Source: Fistulifera solaris
Lineage: Eukaryota
DNA: 64,000 nucleotides
Assembly: GCA_030295235.1 (NCBI GenBank)
Contig: AP026172.1
Coordinates: 186,001-250,000 of the forward strand
Direction: 5' to 3'
The position numbers were made by a program, and so were the translations under genes. Below are positions 23,056-34,167 of this stretch, piece after piece (position 1 is the stretch's first letter; every line of letters begins with the position of its first letter). A model generated the notes under the pieces. That model ran no database searches. It worked only from the letters and a program-made list of their open reading frames with translations, and was not told the origin of the DNA.

Positions 23056-25687
23056 TTAGAAGTCTTTGAACATGGCTTGCTGTTCCGATGTGAGGTTGGA
23101 TCGTGAAGGCGGTGCCTCGTTTTCCAAGTGACGATACGAGTCGAAGTGCGTAGCATCCAAAGGATCGCGGATACGGGGTTTCCACGGAGGAGGAATCTGT
23201 CGTCGGAGAAGTTTGTCGACGTCAATGATGTTAAACCACATGTGTTCTCGGATATCCATGTCACCACGGGCCAAGCAACCCAAACGATTCGTCTGTCGGC
23301 GCACAATCAACCGCTGAATCAAGTCCTGAGCAAGCTCGTGCACAAGACCAGGGGGGGAAGTTGTACTTGACCTGGACAATGCGCTTGAACAAACTGACCT
23401 GATCGGCACCATAAGAATAGAATGGCGAGCGACCAACCAACATCTCGTAAATGAGCACACCGTATGCCCAGTAATCGACACCCTTGTCGTGACCCTTGGA
23501 AAGAATGATCTCAGGTGCTAGGTACTCCGGAGTACCGCACAATGTGTAGGTCTTGTCAACGACGATCTTGGCAAAACCAAGATCAACCAAGACACAATAA
23601 CCCCTCTGGTCAATCAGAATGTTTTCTGGTGACGACGAAAAAGTCGAAACGATTAGTAAACAAATGTTGATGGCGTAACTTCCCTAAGCTGACAAAACGT
23701 ACCTGGCTTCCAAATCGCGGTAGCAAATACTGCGCTGATGCAAGTGTGCCAAAGATTCCAAGATGCAGGCCGCATAAAAGCGCGAGTTTCCGTTTGGAAT
23801 ACCATCACGCGTCTCGGTGTGGATGATAGAGAACAACTCACCACCCTGCACGAGTTCAATCAACATGTACAAGGCATGATCATCCTGAAACGTAGAGACA
23901 AGGTTCACCACGAATGGGTGCCTCAAAGAGGCCATGATGTTCTTTTCACGGATCACACCATCCACTTGGTGGTGACCGATAATTTCCCGTTTGGACAGTT
24001 GCTTCAAAGCATAAGGCTTGCTGGTACGCTTGTGACTGACCAGCCATACTTTTCCGAAAGTTCCAACACCGAGAATGCGGAACTTGACCAAATCTTTGAA
24101 CTTGATGGTTTTGTCCAACTGAGGTGCAGCAATCAAGGGCCGTCCAAGGCGTCGGATATTTCCAATCACTGCCTCAATGTCACGTCGAGACAAGACACCA
24201 CACTTTGTTTCCTTCTGTACAGTAATGGTCTGCTTGCTGGGGGTACCGGGCTCATCTTTTAAGTGCTTATCACCGAAGTAGTCGGCATCTTTCAGGTTGT
24301 TGATAATACCATCCGAGTGAGCCACCGAAACGGCACCAGAGCGAATAATGTAGAGGTTCTGCACAAAGGGCTTTCCTTCTTCTGCCAAGATCGTGCCGGC
24401 GGCAAAGGTCGTTTCCACAATCAGATCTGTCAAACGAGCCAATTCGTGTGGCTGGAATTGCGAGTTGGAGAAAATCGGAACTCCCAACAAAGTACGCTTC
24501 TTCATGGCCGCATCGATCATGCCCTGCAATGGACCGAGCACCAACTCGAACGTGTCACGAGACAAGCACAAGCAAGTACAGTTGCTAGTGGCAGTAATAT
24601 TGGCTACACGGGGATCTCCGGTGATCAAGGCGCGCTCACCGAAGAAATCCCCGGGTCCAAGTGGCTGATCCACATACTTACTGTCTCCGAATCCGATGTC
24701 GTGCACTTTTACCGTACCCTCACGAATAATGTAGAAAATCTCACCGACGTCTCCCTTGTTGATGATGCGCTCTCCTTCAGGGAACGTAACTGACGTCAAG
24801 GCATCCGAAATCTTGGTGAGGTCGTTTTCATCAACGTCCGCCAAGAAAGGAACCTTACGGAGCACATCATGCACATCCTTCTTCTGACTGTTCGTGTTAT
24901 TCGCCAACATGAAACGGAACGTTTTTGATCGACTTTCCACAGACGACACGCGGTGTTGGCGAGACAAGTAGCGGCACGAGGACAGTTGTACAGCAAAGCC
25001 AGTTCTCCAAACGAACCTCCGCGGCCCGCGGACCCGACGTGGGTCCCATCCACAGCAAAGCTGACGTGACCTTCTTCGATTACGTAGAAAAAGTCGCCAG
25101 TTTTCTCCTTGCTTGATGATGACGGTACCTGCCGGAACCGATTCCATCATCATGGCATCAATCAAGAGACGGCGTTCCTTTTCGGAAAGACTCGCAAAGA
25201 TGAAATTATCCTCGAGGGCGGAATCGATAAATTGAACAGCAGCATCCGACTTGGGATAACGAGGGAGCTGAAAGTCCTCATTGAGATCGATTGCCTTGGA
25301 AAAGATATTCTGAGCACGCTTAGCCTTGTTGTGAATGTTGACATTCTCCTCCCGCTTGACTTCTTTCGTCTTATCTTCCACTTCTTCCGTTTCGCTGGGC
25401 TCTTTTGCAACCTCGGCGGGTGGGGGAGTGTCTACTTGCTGTTGACGTTCGCAAGGCAAATAAATAATAGACAGGGAGTATGAGTATATCTATCTGTAAA
25501 GGCACACCCCATTCTACACAGAAATCTTCGAAATCTAGGGCGGACACACAACTACAAACTCACCATCTTAGAGGAGGCCTTGACGCTCTTGCTGACGCTG
25601 TTGGTGGCCTTTTCCTTTTTCTCATCCTTGTTCTCCTCGGCCTTTTTTCTTCTTGTGTTTGAGGAATCCTCCAAAACCGCGCATCAT
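23056..25687 (-). CDS. Cyclic-nucleotide-dependent protein kinase with PKG architecture (three cNMP-binding domains + AGC kinase domain)
   Basis: [39 protein letters not shown](K)[19 protein letters not shown] and C-terminal FKDF. Introns 23626-23702 and ~25439-25563. Several indels; start codon uncertain. Confidence 0.9.
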
Positions 25688-26212
25688 CTTGGCGATTGAC
25701 TTTTGCTTTTCAAATGAATCAGCTCGACAGAGGGCCTCCGGTCGTTGAAGATCGGTTGGAGACTTATTGTGACCGTGGTAGGATCGATGATGATTCGATT
25801 CGGGTGTGTTTTTTGGTGTTTTGACAGTTGGACTTCGACGTTTTGACCTCGACGTTCGCGGTGTTCCGTGCTTGACACAGAAGTCATCGACCCAAACAAC
25901 TATGACCGGTCTGGCCTTTTGTCGTTGATGCGGAGCGATCTTTGTGGGTTTCCAACATTTTTCGCGGCAAATTTTGGCGGGTGCCGGGAATTATATAGAT
26001 ATTGAAAAAGCAGTCGTAGCGGTTCTCATACGGTGCAGCTTGTTGAAAAAATGCGGCCAAAAGCGAAAACGCCAAAGAAGCCAACAATGACACGCAGCAA
26101 GCATAATTGCAAGAAACAATAAACCTTATACGTGCATTTGAACTTGCATAGCTTCTCAACTAGGCTGTAAACATCGCTGACTCCCATCTCCCTTTCGTTA
26201 GATTACCGATCC

Positions 26213-27728
26213 ATGTCCTCTCGAAAACGGCAAAGCACTCCGGCTGTGCAGTCGCAAGAAAGCACGACGACTGTGTCCTCGAGCAAACGTCGCGTCGTTG
26301 CGATTGCTCCAGATGCCGATGCGGTCCTTCGTGAATGCCGCAAACTCAGGGATGCTATGAGATCCTCGTCAAATGAAACAAGTGACAAAGCCTCTCGTGT
26401 GATTCCCGAAGGTGTTCCGTCGAGTATCGTTGAAGTCGATGAATTGAAAGCACCCGAAGTTCTGGAAGGAATGGAGTCGATTGCGCTGGATATTGCTCAG
26501 CAAGTATTGAGCGGAAAAGGATTTTCGATGGAAATTCCCAGTCGAGCCGCCACAAATCAGCTTTATGTGAAAGAATGGGATCGAATTGTGTTGGGCGGGA
26601 AGAGATCGTCTAGAAGTTTTCTCAATGTTAAAGAATCGCGAAAAGCAGCTATCACATTGCGCGTGCTGCAATTGATACATGCTGTTCTCATGAAGCGTAT
26701 TCACATTACCAAGCGTGATCTCTTTTATACCGACGTGAAGCTCTTTGTTGACCAGGCAGAGTCAGACGGTGTTTTGGACGATGTTGCTACCATGGTTGGC
26801 TGCACACGGAGCAACCTCAATGTAGTTGCGTCAGACAAGGGGCTGGTTGTCGGTCGGGTCCAATTCATCGAAGATGGTGATCCAATCGATTGTACACGAA
26901 TGGGTGTTGGTGGTAAGGCAATTCCTCCATACATTGACAAGATTGAAAATATTACCAGCGATGCGGAGTTCATCCTTCTTGTTGAAAAGAAGCCGCATAC
27001 ATGCGAATGGCTGTAAGTCTTTTCTCAAACAAGGCAGTTGCATTACAAAAGCTGGTTCTCACAAATCTTGTTGCAGGAAGATAGATTCTATCATCGGTAT
27101 CCTTGTATTATTATCACAGCCAAAGGGCAACCTGATATTGCCACTCGAATGTTTCTCAAACGACTGAAAGAAGAGCTCAAAATTCCTGTTCTGGGTCTGG
27201 TCGACAGTGATCCCTACGGCTTGAAGATTTTATCCGTATACATGTCCGGCAGCAAGAATATGAGCTATGATAGCTCCAGTTTGACGACTCCTGATATAAA
27301 GTGGTTGGGGCTTCGTCCCTCTGATCTTGTACGTAGTCTATAGTTCCATCCATCGATATGCTTTGACATGATAGAGGAGACTTGTCAGTCTATTCTAACA
27401 TCTTTTCATTGTTGCCCAGGACCGTTATGACTTGCCCGACCAATGCCGTCTCGACATGACGGAGAACGATATTAAAACCGGGAAGGAGCTCCTGAAGGAG
27501 GATTTTATACAGAAGAACCCTGAGTGGATGAAAGAGCTCGAGATCATGGTAAGTGACAAAATAGAACTTGCTATACTTTATACAATCGGTTGCTTAGTCG
27601 TCGACAAACAACCTTGATAGGTCAAAACGAAGAAAAAGGCGGAAATTCAGGCGTTGTCTTCGTTTGGTTTTCAATATATAACAGAAACATATTTGCCGCG
27701 AAAGTTGAGAGAGGGCGACTGGATTTAA
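26213..27728 (+). CDS. TOP6A: DNA topoisomerase VI subunit A (SPO11-3/TOP6A)
   Basis: TKRDLFYTD (catalytic Tyr), [33 protein letters not shown] and C-terminal [12 protein letters not shown]. Introns ~27013-27077, 27329-27419 and 27549-27620. Confidence 0.93.
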
Positions 27729-27757
27729 ACATTAGATTATAAAACATTGAAAAACGA

Positions 27758-30004
27758 TTACAACTTGCTGATCGGTTTGACAAGCCCGGCGTAGAGCGTT
27801 TCGATTTCCTTCTCGTATCGATCTCGCACCTTTTGACGTTTCAACTTAAAAGTAGGAGTCATTAAATCATTCTCAACTGAAAAGAGAGACGCTTCTAGAT
27901 GAATTGCTTTCACAGTTTCGAAGCCTTGAAGACCATTTTCCTTCGACAACTTTTCAATGTCCTTCATGATAGCTTCCTTAACTTTCGCGCTCTGGCAGAT
28001 TTCAGCAAAGGTGACGACGCGGACAGATGTTCGTCTACGCCACGACCTACACTATGACGAACCGGTTCTTCATCAGGAACTACAATAGCAACTAATTGGC
28101 TCTGGTGCGAATCACCGTACACAAAACATTGCGCTATCAGAGGAGAACGCCCCAGTAAATTCTCAATCTTTTCTGGTGCGACGTACTCGCCCTGAGCTAG
28201 CTTGAATATGTTCTTCTTCCGATCAATTATCTGCAAAGACCCATCTTGCCTCCACATACCAACATCCCCACTGTGTAGCCACCCGTCTTCGTCGATTGCT
28301 TCTTTCGTCTTGTCTTCGGCCTTGTAATACCCTTTGAAGATCGACGGACCACGGAGGCAGATTTCACCTCGTCCGTAACATTTCTGTCCGCGATGTTCAC
28401 GATCTGAATGTAAATATCCCATCTCAGGAACATTCATTAACACTATCTCCACGGATCCAACTGGGCACCCAACATGGCCAACTGTTGAGATATCGTCCGG
28501 GTGTGAAATCGTACCAGACGCAGCGCCTTCGGTTTGACCGTACCCTTCTACGACAGGGATGCCTAACATACAGCGGAAGAAAGTCATGACGTTCTCACTT
28601 AACGGGGCCGACCCGCTAATCATGACACGCAAATAGTCCATTCCTAGACCTTTCTTGATTTTGCTGAATATTAGACGATCATAAAGTGCATGATGAAGGT
28701 GTCCCTTTTTCAACCCTTCGGTTTTGGCAGCTAACGCAGCGTTGAACAGCTTGCTCTTCATCCCACCAGCTGCAGCAACTCCGGTAGTAATCTTTGAACA
28801 CAAATCAAATGCGAATTAGCTCACGACAAAAAGGTAACCACGTGCGTCGCCATCGAATAACACGCACCTTATCGTATATTTTATTCAAGACGCGAGGTGC
28901 AGCCGGTAACAGAGTCGGTCTGCAAGCCTGAAGATCTTCAATTAAAAGTGTTGGATCTCCGCGAAAGAATGCGACGGATGCTCCTGCCAGGAAAACCTGG
29001 CTTATAACAGTGCGCTCGAAAATATGGGCTAATGGTAGGTAACTCAAGTGTCGATCATCGGTTCGAATAGCAACCTCGGGGAACTGACTAATCCCCGCCA
29101 TGGATGAAACCATATTCTCGTGCGTCAAAAGTGCTCCTTTTGGGTCACCAGTGGTACCACTGTAGTGAAACAAGATAAAAGTTAAGTTCCGAAGATAACT
29201 AGAATGCATTTACGAAAAAATTCGAACCAGTTACCTCGTGTAGCAAAATGTTGCAATGTCACCCGGCTGGGGAGGACGATGACGGTGCCCCTGTGTAGCG
29301 ATCCGATGTGCCCCCACAGCTTCTACTTTTGCATAACTAATAATCTCCAGACCAGCTCGTCCCGCCTGATCGGCCACTTCCGGTGTCACCCCATCGATGA
29401 CAATGATCGTTTGAAAGTGCACGGGGACTTTGTCGCTTGCATCCTTCACGCGACAAAGCGCTTCCACTTCGGCACGTGTACAAACTACCGACTGGGCCTC
29501 GGTCTGGTGCAACACAAAGCGTACGGTATCCGGTCCTAACGTGTCGTACAAGGGAACGGTAGCCCCACCCAGAGCAAAAACACTTTGCTCGGCGAGAATC
29601 CACTCCATGCAGTTCTTGACGTAAAGGCACAACACCATTAAATTGTCAGAAGTTGGTTTTACCAGATTCAGAGTTTCCAAGCCAGCGGCAAACGAATTGA
29701 TTCTCGCGACACATTCGGAATAACTCGTATAAATGTAAGGCGTCGCAAAGCCGGTGGTGCTCACCGCCCGGAACCCCATACACGGTCCCAAAGGATTCAA
29801 AGCTGCCCCACGACGAAATGATTCATAAAGAGTACGCGCCCCTTTGATTCCCAATTCGGGATGGACTTGAGGATTGTAAGAGCGTCGAATGTTTCCTCGT
29901 GTTTCCGTAGACGTCTGAGGCACGACCGTTGACCACAAGCTATCCGCAACTTCTTGTTCATCATCTGGTCGATGCTGGAGTCTCATAATATCTGTCGATA
30001 ACAT
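27758..30004 (-). CDS. LACS: Long-chain acyl-CoA synthetase, peroxisomal (C-terminal SKL)
   Basis: YTSGTTGDPKG across intron 29160-29234, YLPLAHIFE, GYGQTE, GWLHSGDVG and DRKKNIFKLAQGEY. Intron 28792-28867. The protein ends PISKL. Confidence 0.93.
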
Positions 30005-30457
30005 CTTGTCTGCAGTAATCAGAAAGAAAGAAGTGGAAAGGCTCTAGATGCCTTAAAAAAGAAGAAAAGTAAGATTGTGTGATGGTGACAGCAGGCAACA
30101 AAGAGCCATGGTGCGCGCGGCGGTGATGTTGGAGAAAGCGGATCAAAGATTTCTTAAAGATCACTTACTCTACGAGCTATAGTTAACACTGGGTACCGGT
30201 ACGTCGTTGGTTATTGCGTGATCGAGATGAGGGTCATTTCGGTTTTCGGTGTGATGTTCCATAACCGGTACGAACCTAAGTAGTCTGACGCTTACTGTCC
30301 GTCACGTCATCGGCAAAAGAAGTTCGCGATAAAGTCCGCTATCGAAGCAGCACCCCGATGAACAACATGATAACAAAGACCTTTGTAATAAAAGGTTCAT
30401 GCTGTATGTTCCTTCTTGCTTTCGCTTCATAATCTCCTTTCGCTTGGAATTCTAAAA

Positions 30458-31112
30458 ATGGAAGACGCAATTGTCAAATTGGTGAGTTTCCTTTGAATTG
30501 AGGAACGATTGGTATCATTTTGACTGTCATGACTTTTCAAAAGAAACCCGTCGCATGCACTATTCCCATTCTTGATCACCTTTTCAAAATACATATCTGA
30601 CTGTTTCATTTACGCGATTTTATTTGTAGACAAGTAAAGAAGGCGAGACATTCGATGTTCCGCGTAAAGTCGCCATGATGTCAAAACTAGTCAAAGACAC
30701 ATTCAGTGACGACGATGACGAGGACGATGAAGAAGATGAGACGGAAGTCAAAGAAGTTCCTCTTCCAAATGTTACAGCACCTGTGTTAAAGAAGGTCATT
30801 GAATACTGTACGCACTATCAGGACGAAGAAATGACACCGATTCAAACTCCATTGAAATCGGGAACTCTTGACGAATTGGTTCAAGCGTGGTATGCGAACT
30901 TTGTCAAAGTCGATCGCAATATGTTATTCGATTTAGTTGCAGCGGCGAACTTTATGGATATTAAACCGCTACTAGACTTGACGTGTCTCGCTGTTAGCAT
31001 CTTGATTAAAGGCAAGTCGGCACAAGAATTGCGGCAAATGTTCAACATCAGTGCCGAGCTCAGCCCGGAGGAACAGGCCGAGGCGCAAAGAGAAAACGCT
31101 GTAGCAGAATAG
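30458..31112 (+). CDS. SKP1: SKP1 (SCF ubiquitin ligase adaptor)
   Basis: Exon 1 MEDAIVKL, intron 30482-30629, then TSKEGETFDV, VPLPNV..VLKKVIEYCTH and LFDLVAAANFMDIKPLLDLTC. Confidence 0.93.
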
Positions 31113-31238
31113 TAACTTCAGTAAACCATTCTAGTTTCATCATATTATATTGTTAAGAACGCTTAGTTAGCGTTGAAGAGTGAGTTCTTGGTGTAATAAG
31201 CCAGCCATAGACAATACTTCGCAATTTACTTTGTAAAG

Positions 31239-32882
31239 TTAGTTAGGAAAGGGAGGTGCAGCAGCTTCGGATGCAAAAACATGCTTTCCCTTAAAATGAT
31301 TTTTGTGAAAAGTAGGGTAGCAGGTCGTACATAAGTCGTAGTCAAAACAAGATACACACTTCCGAATAATTCCTTCGATACGCTTCGAGCAACCGTCACA
31401 ATGAGCTACTTCGCGGTAAGAAAAAGTAGACACATCGTCGCTGTTGCCGGACTTCAGAGGTGCCAGGGCACCTGGAAAAAGAAAACACTCGATTATGTGG
31501 AATCTTCACATCCTTCCAGTCTTCTATTAAGTGAATGTCGCATTTAGCATCCTCTTTCTTGGATGTCACGACCGACAAAAGTTCTCCTTCCGTTTTGTAT
31601 TTAATAACGTTGTTCGTTTCCTCACAAAAGAGTGACCGGACCAGAACGCGAATAATATCATCACAAAAGCCCAGCAAATAAGCATCAAAGACGTACTCCT
31701 CCCGAAAGTCTTTTTCGTCCTCTTGGTCTCCTTCATCTTGATTATCCGTCAAAATTTCTGGTAAAGGAGGATGAACTATGGAACGATTGATCAATATGCG
31801 AGGGATATCGGGGGGCAGATAACGGATCACCTTTGAAATGGGCGCACTTAACACGCATGAGAACTGGTTGAGCAACGCCGACGAAATGAACCAGCACTTC
31901 TACATGTAGGTCACTTACACCGATAGCGAGGTCCCGATTACAATTAATGCGTCCACTTTGTCATGATCGATTTCCAAAGCCCGACGAACATTCTCTCCCA
32001 ACGTTTCGCCAAAGAATGTAATCCCTGGTTTTAACACACCATTACAAGTCCGTGCTTTCCGCGTCACACCTCGGGTTCGTATACAATCACTTTCCTCGCT
32101 TTGACTGGGATTGGACCGCTTTCGTGATGAGCGTTCACGCGGACGTGCAGTTGTCTTAGGGGTCGAGTCGGGTAGGACAGATCGACATCGAGCTACGCGA
32201 CCAGCCAATACATCTTCTTCCATCTCCGACCGTGCTACCTTCTGCTTGCAAGCAAGACAAGTGGCCCATTCCAACGATCCGTGCGCATATACAATCTTTT
32301 TGGCAGAGACTCCCGCTTCTTGTTCGAGACCGTCAATGTTTTGTGTGTAACAACGCAATAAGCGCTTTTGCTGTTCCAGCAAAACTAAGAGCTTGTGAGA
32401 GTCACTCGGTCGGGCCCGATGCCGCTTGCGATCTTTCGCCGATTCATTATTACTATCACAATTTGTGAAATAGATACTTTTTGCAAATTTGTAGAACGGT
32501 ACAGGATCTTCTTGGAAGAAATGGGAATCAAAGAGGTCCTCCGGGCAAGATAATCCTAGCTTCTGTGTAGTTAATGATAGAAGAATGCTAGGTTAGTATC
32601 AAATGAATGGTATGCCGAAGCAAAACGGAGGTATGCGCTCACCTCCATGTCCAACGTTTCATAAATTCCGATATCTTTCGATCGGAAGTCGGGTATTCCG
32701 CTGCTCACACTGATCCCTGCTCCAGTAATAACCACAATATTCTTTCGCCCTTCAAGCAGTTTTGAGACACCAGCCATTCCGGACTCAAAGTTTTCTTCCT
32801 TTTGATTCTCGAAGAGAGAAAAGGGGGGTTGGGAAGGTAACTTCGGGCGAGCTCCAACACGGTTCTTCCCCGAGGAGCTCAT
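31239..32882 (-). CDS. NAD-dependent deacetylase, class I (SIRT1/Sir2-like), with a C-terminal ZZ-type zinc finger
   Basis: [44 protein letters not shown] and LLGFCD. Introns 32563-32642 and 31848-31918. [20 protein letters not shown] follows an apparent indel ~31480. Confidence 0.9.
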
Positions 32883-33049
32883 TCTCTACGCCGTGTTCGC
32901 TAGCTTTGGACGGACTTTGATCCTATCGATCCAGCAAGAAACATTACTTGTATATCGGATTGGGGGCTCTTGATTCAAGATAAACGCCTTCGTAACAGAG
33001 AATGACTTTCTCTTCTTGTTGTGCGGTCGGCTTTCGAATTACCGGAGTA

Positions 33050-33560
33050 TAGGATTTCTGGAACGTACACAGCATTTCTGTACTACGAATGAACGGAAAC
33101 AAAGTATACAGAATTTTTGTATGCTCACAGTGACCGTTTCCAGAATTTCTGGATCGTAAACAAAGTTTCTTTATTACCGAAAACACAGACGGATGCATCA
33201 TACAGAATTTCCGTATTTTTTAATAATGTATTCCACAGATTTTCTGTGAACGCATAGACACATCACAGAAACTTATCTATCCTTGTCCTGAATAATGTGG
33301 TGCACAGATTTTCTCTGGAAGCACTGACAAATACGTAGTAACATACAGAATTTCGGTGTTTCTGAAAATGATCTCTCAGATTTTCTGGTAACGCAAATCA
33401 CAGAATTTCCGTGAGTCTGAAAATGCATCCCCAGAATTTCTGGGAATGCAAAGACCCACTACCCACAGAATTTCCGTGTATCTGAAAATGCGCGTCTCTG
33501 ATCACCTATCACTTATCAGTGATCAGACAGAGACACATTACCCACAGAATTTCCGTGTGT
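33050..33560. repeat. Degenerate array of quasi-palindromic cores (A/C)CAGAATTTC(T/C)G
   Basis: About 14 recognisable copies (e.g. 33108, 33140, 33202, 33235, 33345, 33400, 33431, 33465, 33545). The core is the reverse complement of that in the 51.2-52.2 kb array. Confidence 0.8.
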
Positions 33561-33793
33561 TTGACATTGCCCGCCAGGCTAAATCGGTTACTTGCACAGG
33601 ATTTCCATGCGCCGCTTCGCTCGCTCCTTTTTCTCGCAATTTATCTTGCTCATTGCTTTTCCTTTCATTTGAAAACACTTATCTTTTCAGAGTACGTCAA
33701 ACCAGGAGCAGTAGGCGAGGTGCGATTTTATGCTTAGGCAAATGGGCAAACTGTTTAGCTAACGGCGATACTTTTCATGAAGAAAGATTGAAG

Positions 33794-34093
33794 ATGGTCC
33801 TCGAAAATGAAAGCGTCGACAACAATTCGGCTTCGAGATTAGTGGAATCCCAAACTGAGAAAAACGAACGTAACGTTCGAGCCGGTGGGATGTCGGATGA
33901 GTCCAAATTGCGGTTAATGAACGACTATGCGCCTCTTACCGCTCTACTCCGTCAGCTCGATCAACAAGTATCTACATTCACAGTGCAGATGGAGCGCTTT
34001 GCCTACAAAGCTGCTCCAAGTTATGAAGGACTTGCCGAAAAATGGACGCAAGAAGCGGGTCTTTCAAACGGGGACGATGGCGCATCTGCATGA
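33794..34093 (+). CDS. Small hypothetical helical/coiled-coil protein (~99 aa)
   Basis: The 3' part of ORF 33446-34093, from MVLENE, has protein-like amphipathic composition. The upstream part of that ORF runs through the repeat array and is probably non-coding. Confidence 0.45.
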   Translation: MVLENESVDNNSASRLVESQTEKNERNVRAGGMSDESKLRLMNDYAPLTALLRQLDQQVSTFTVQMERFAYKAAPSYEGLAEKWTQEAGLSNGDDGASA

Positions 34094-34167
34094 CAGCGCA
34101 AAGCAGTTGTAGTAGTAGGACAGTGCACACTCTGTAAATACTCCGCAACTTAAACAATTTTGTTCAT

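Noticed and set aside
26213..27728. Meiotic SPO11 as a marker of sex
   Set aside because: The motifs ([18 protein letters not shown]-terminal YLPxKL...DW) match the SPO11-3/TOP6A type, which is non-meiotic topoisomerase VI.
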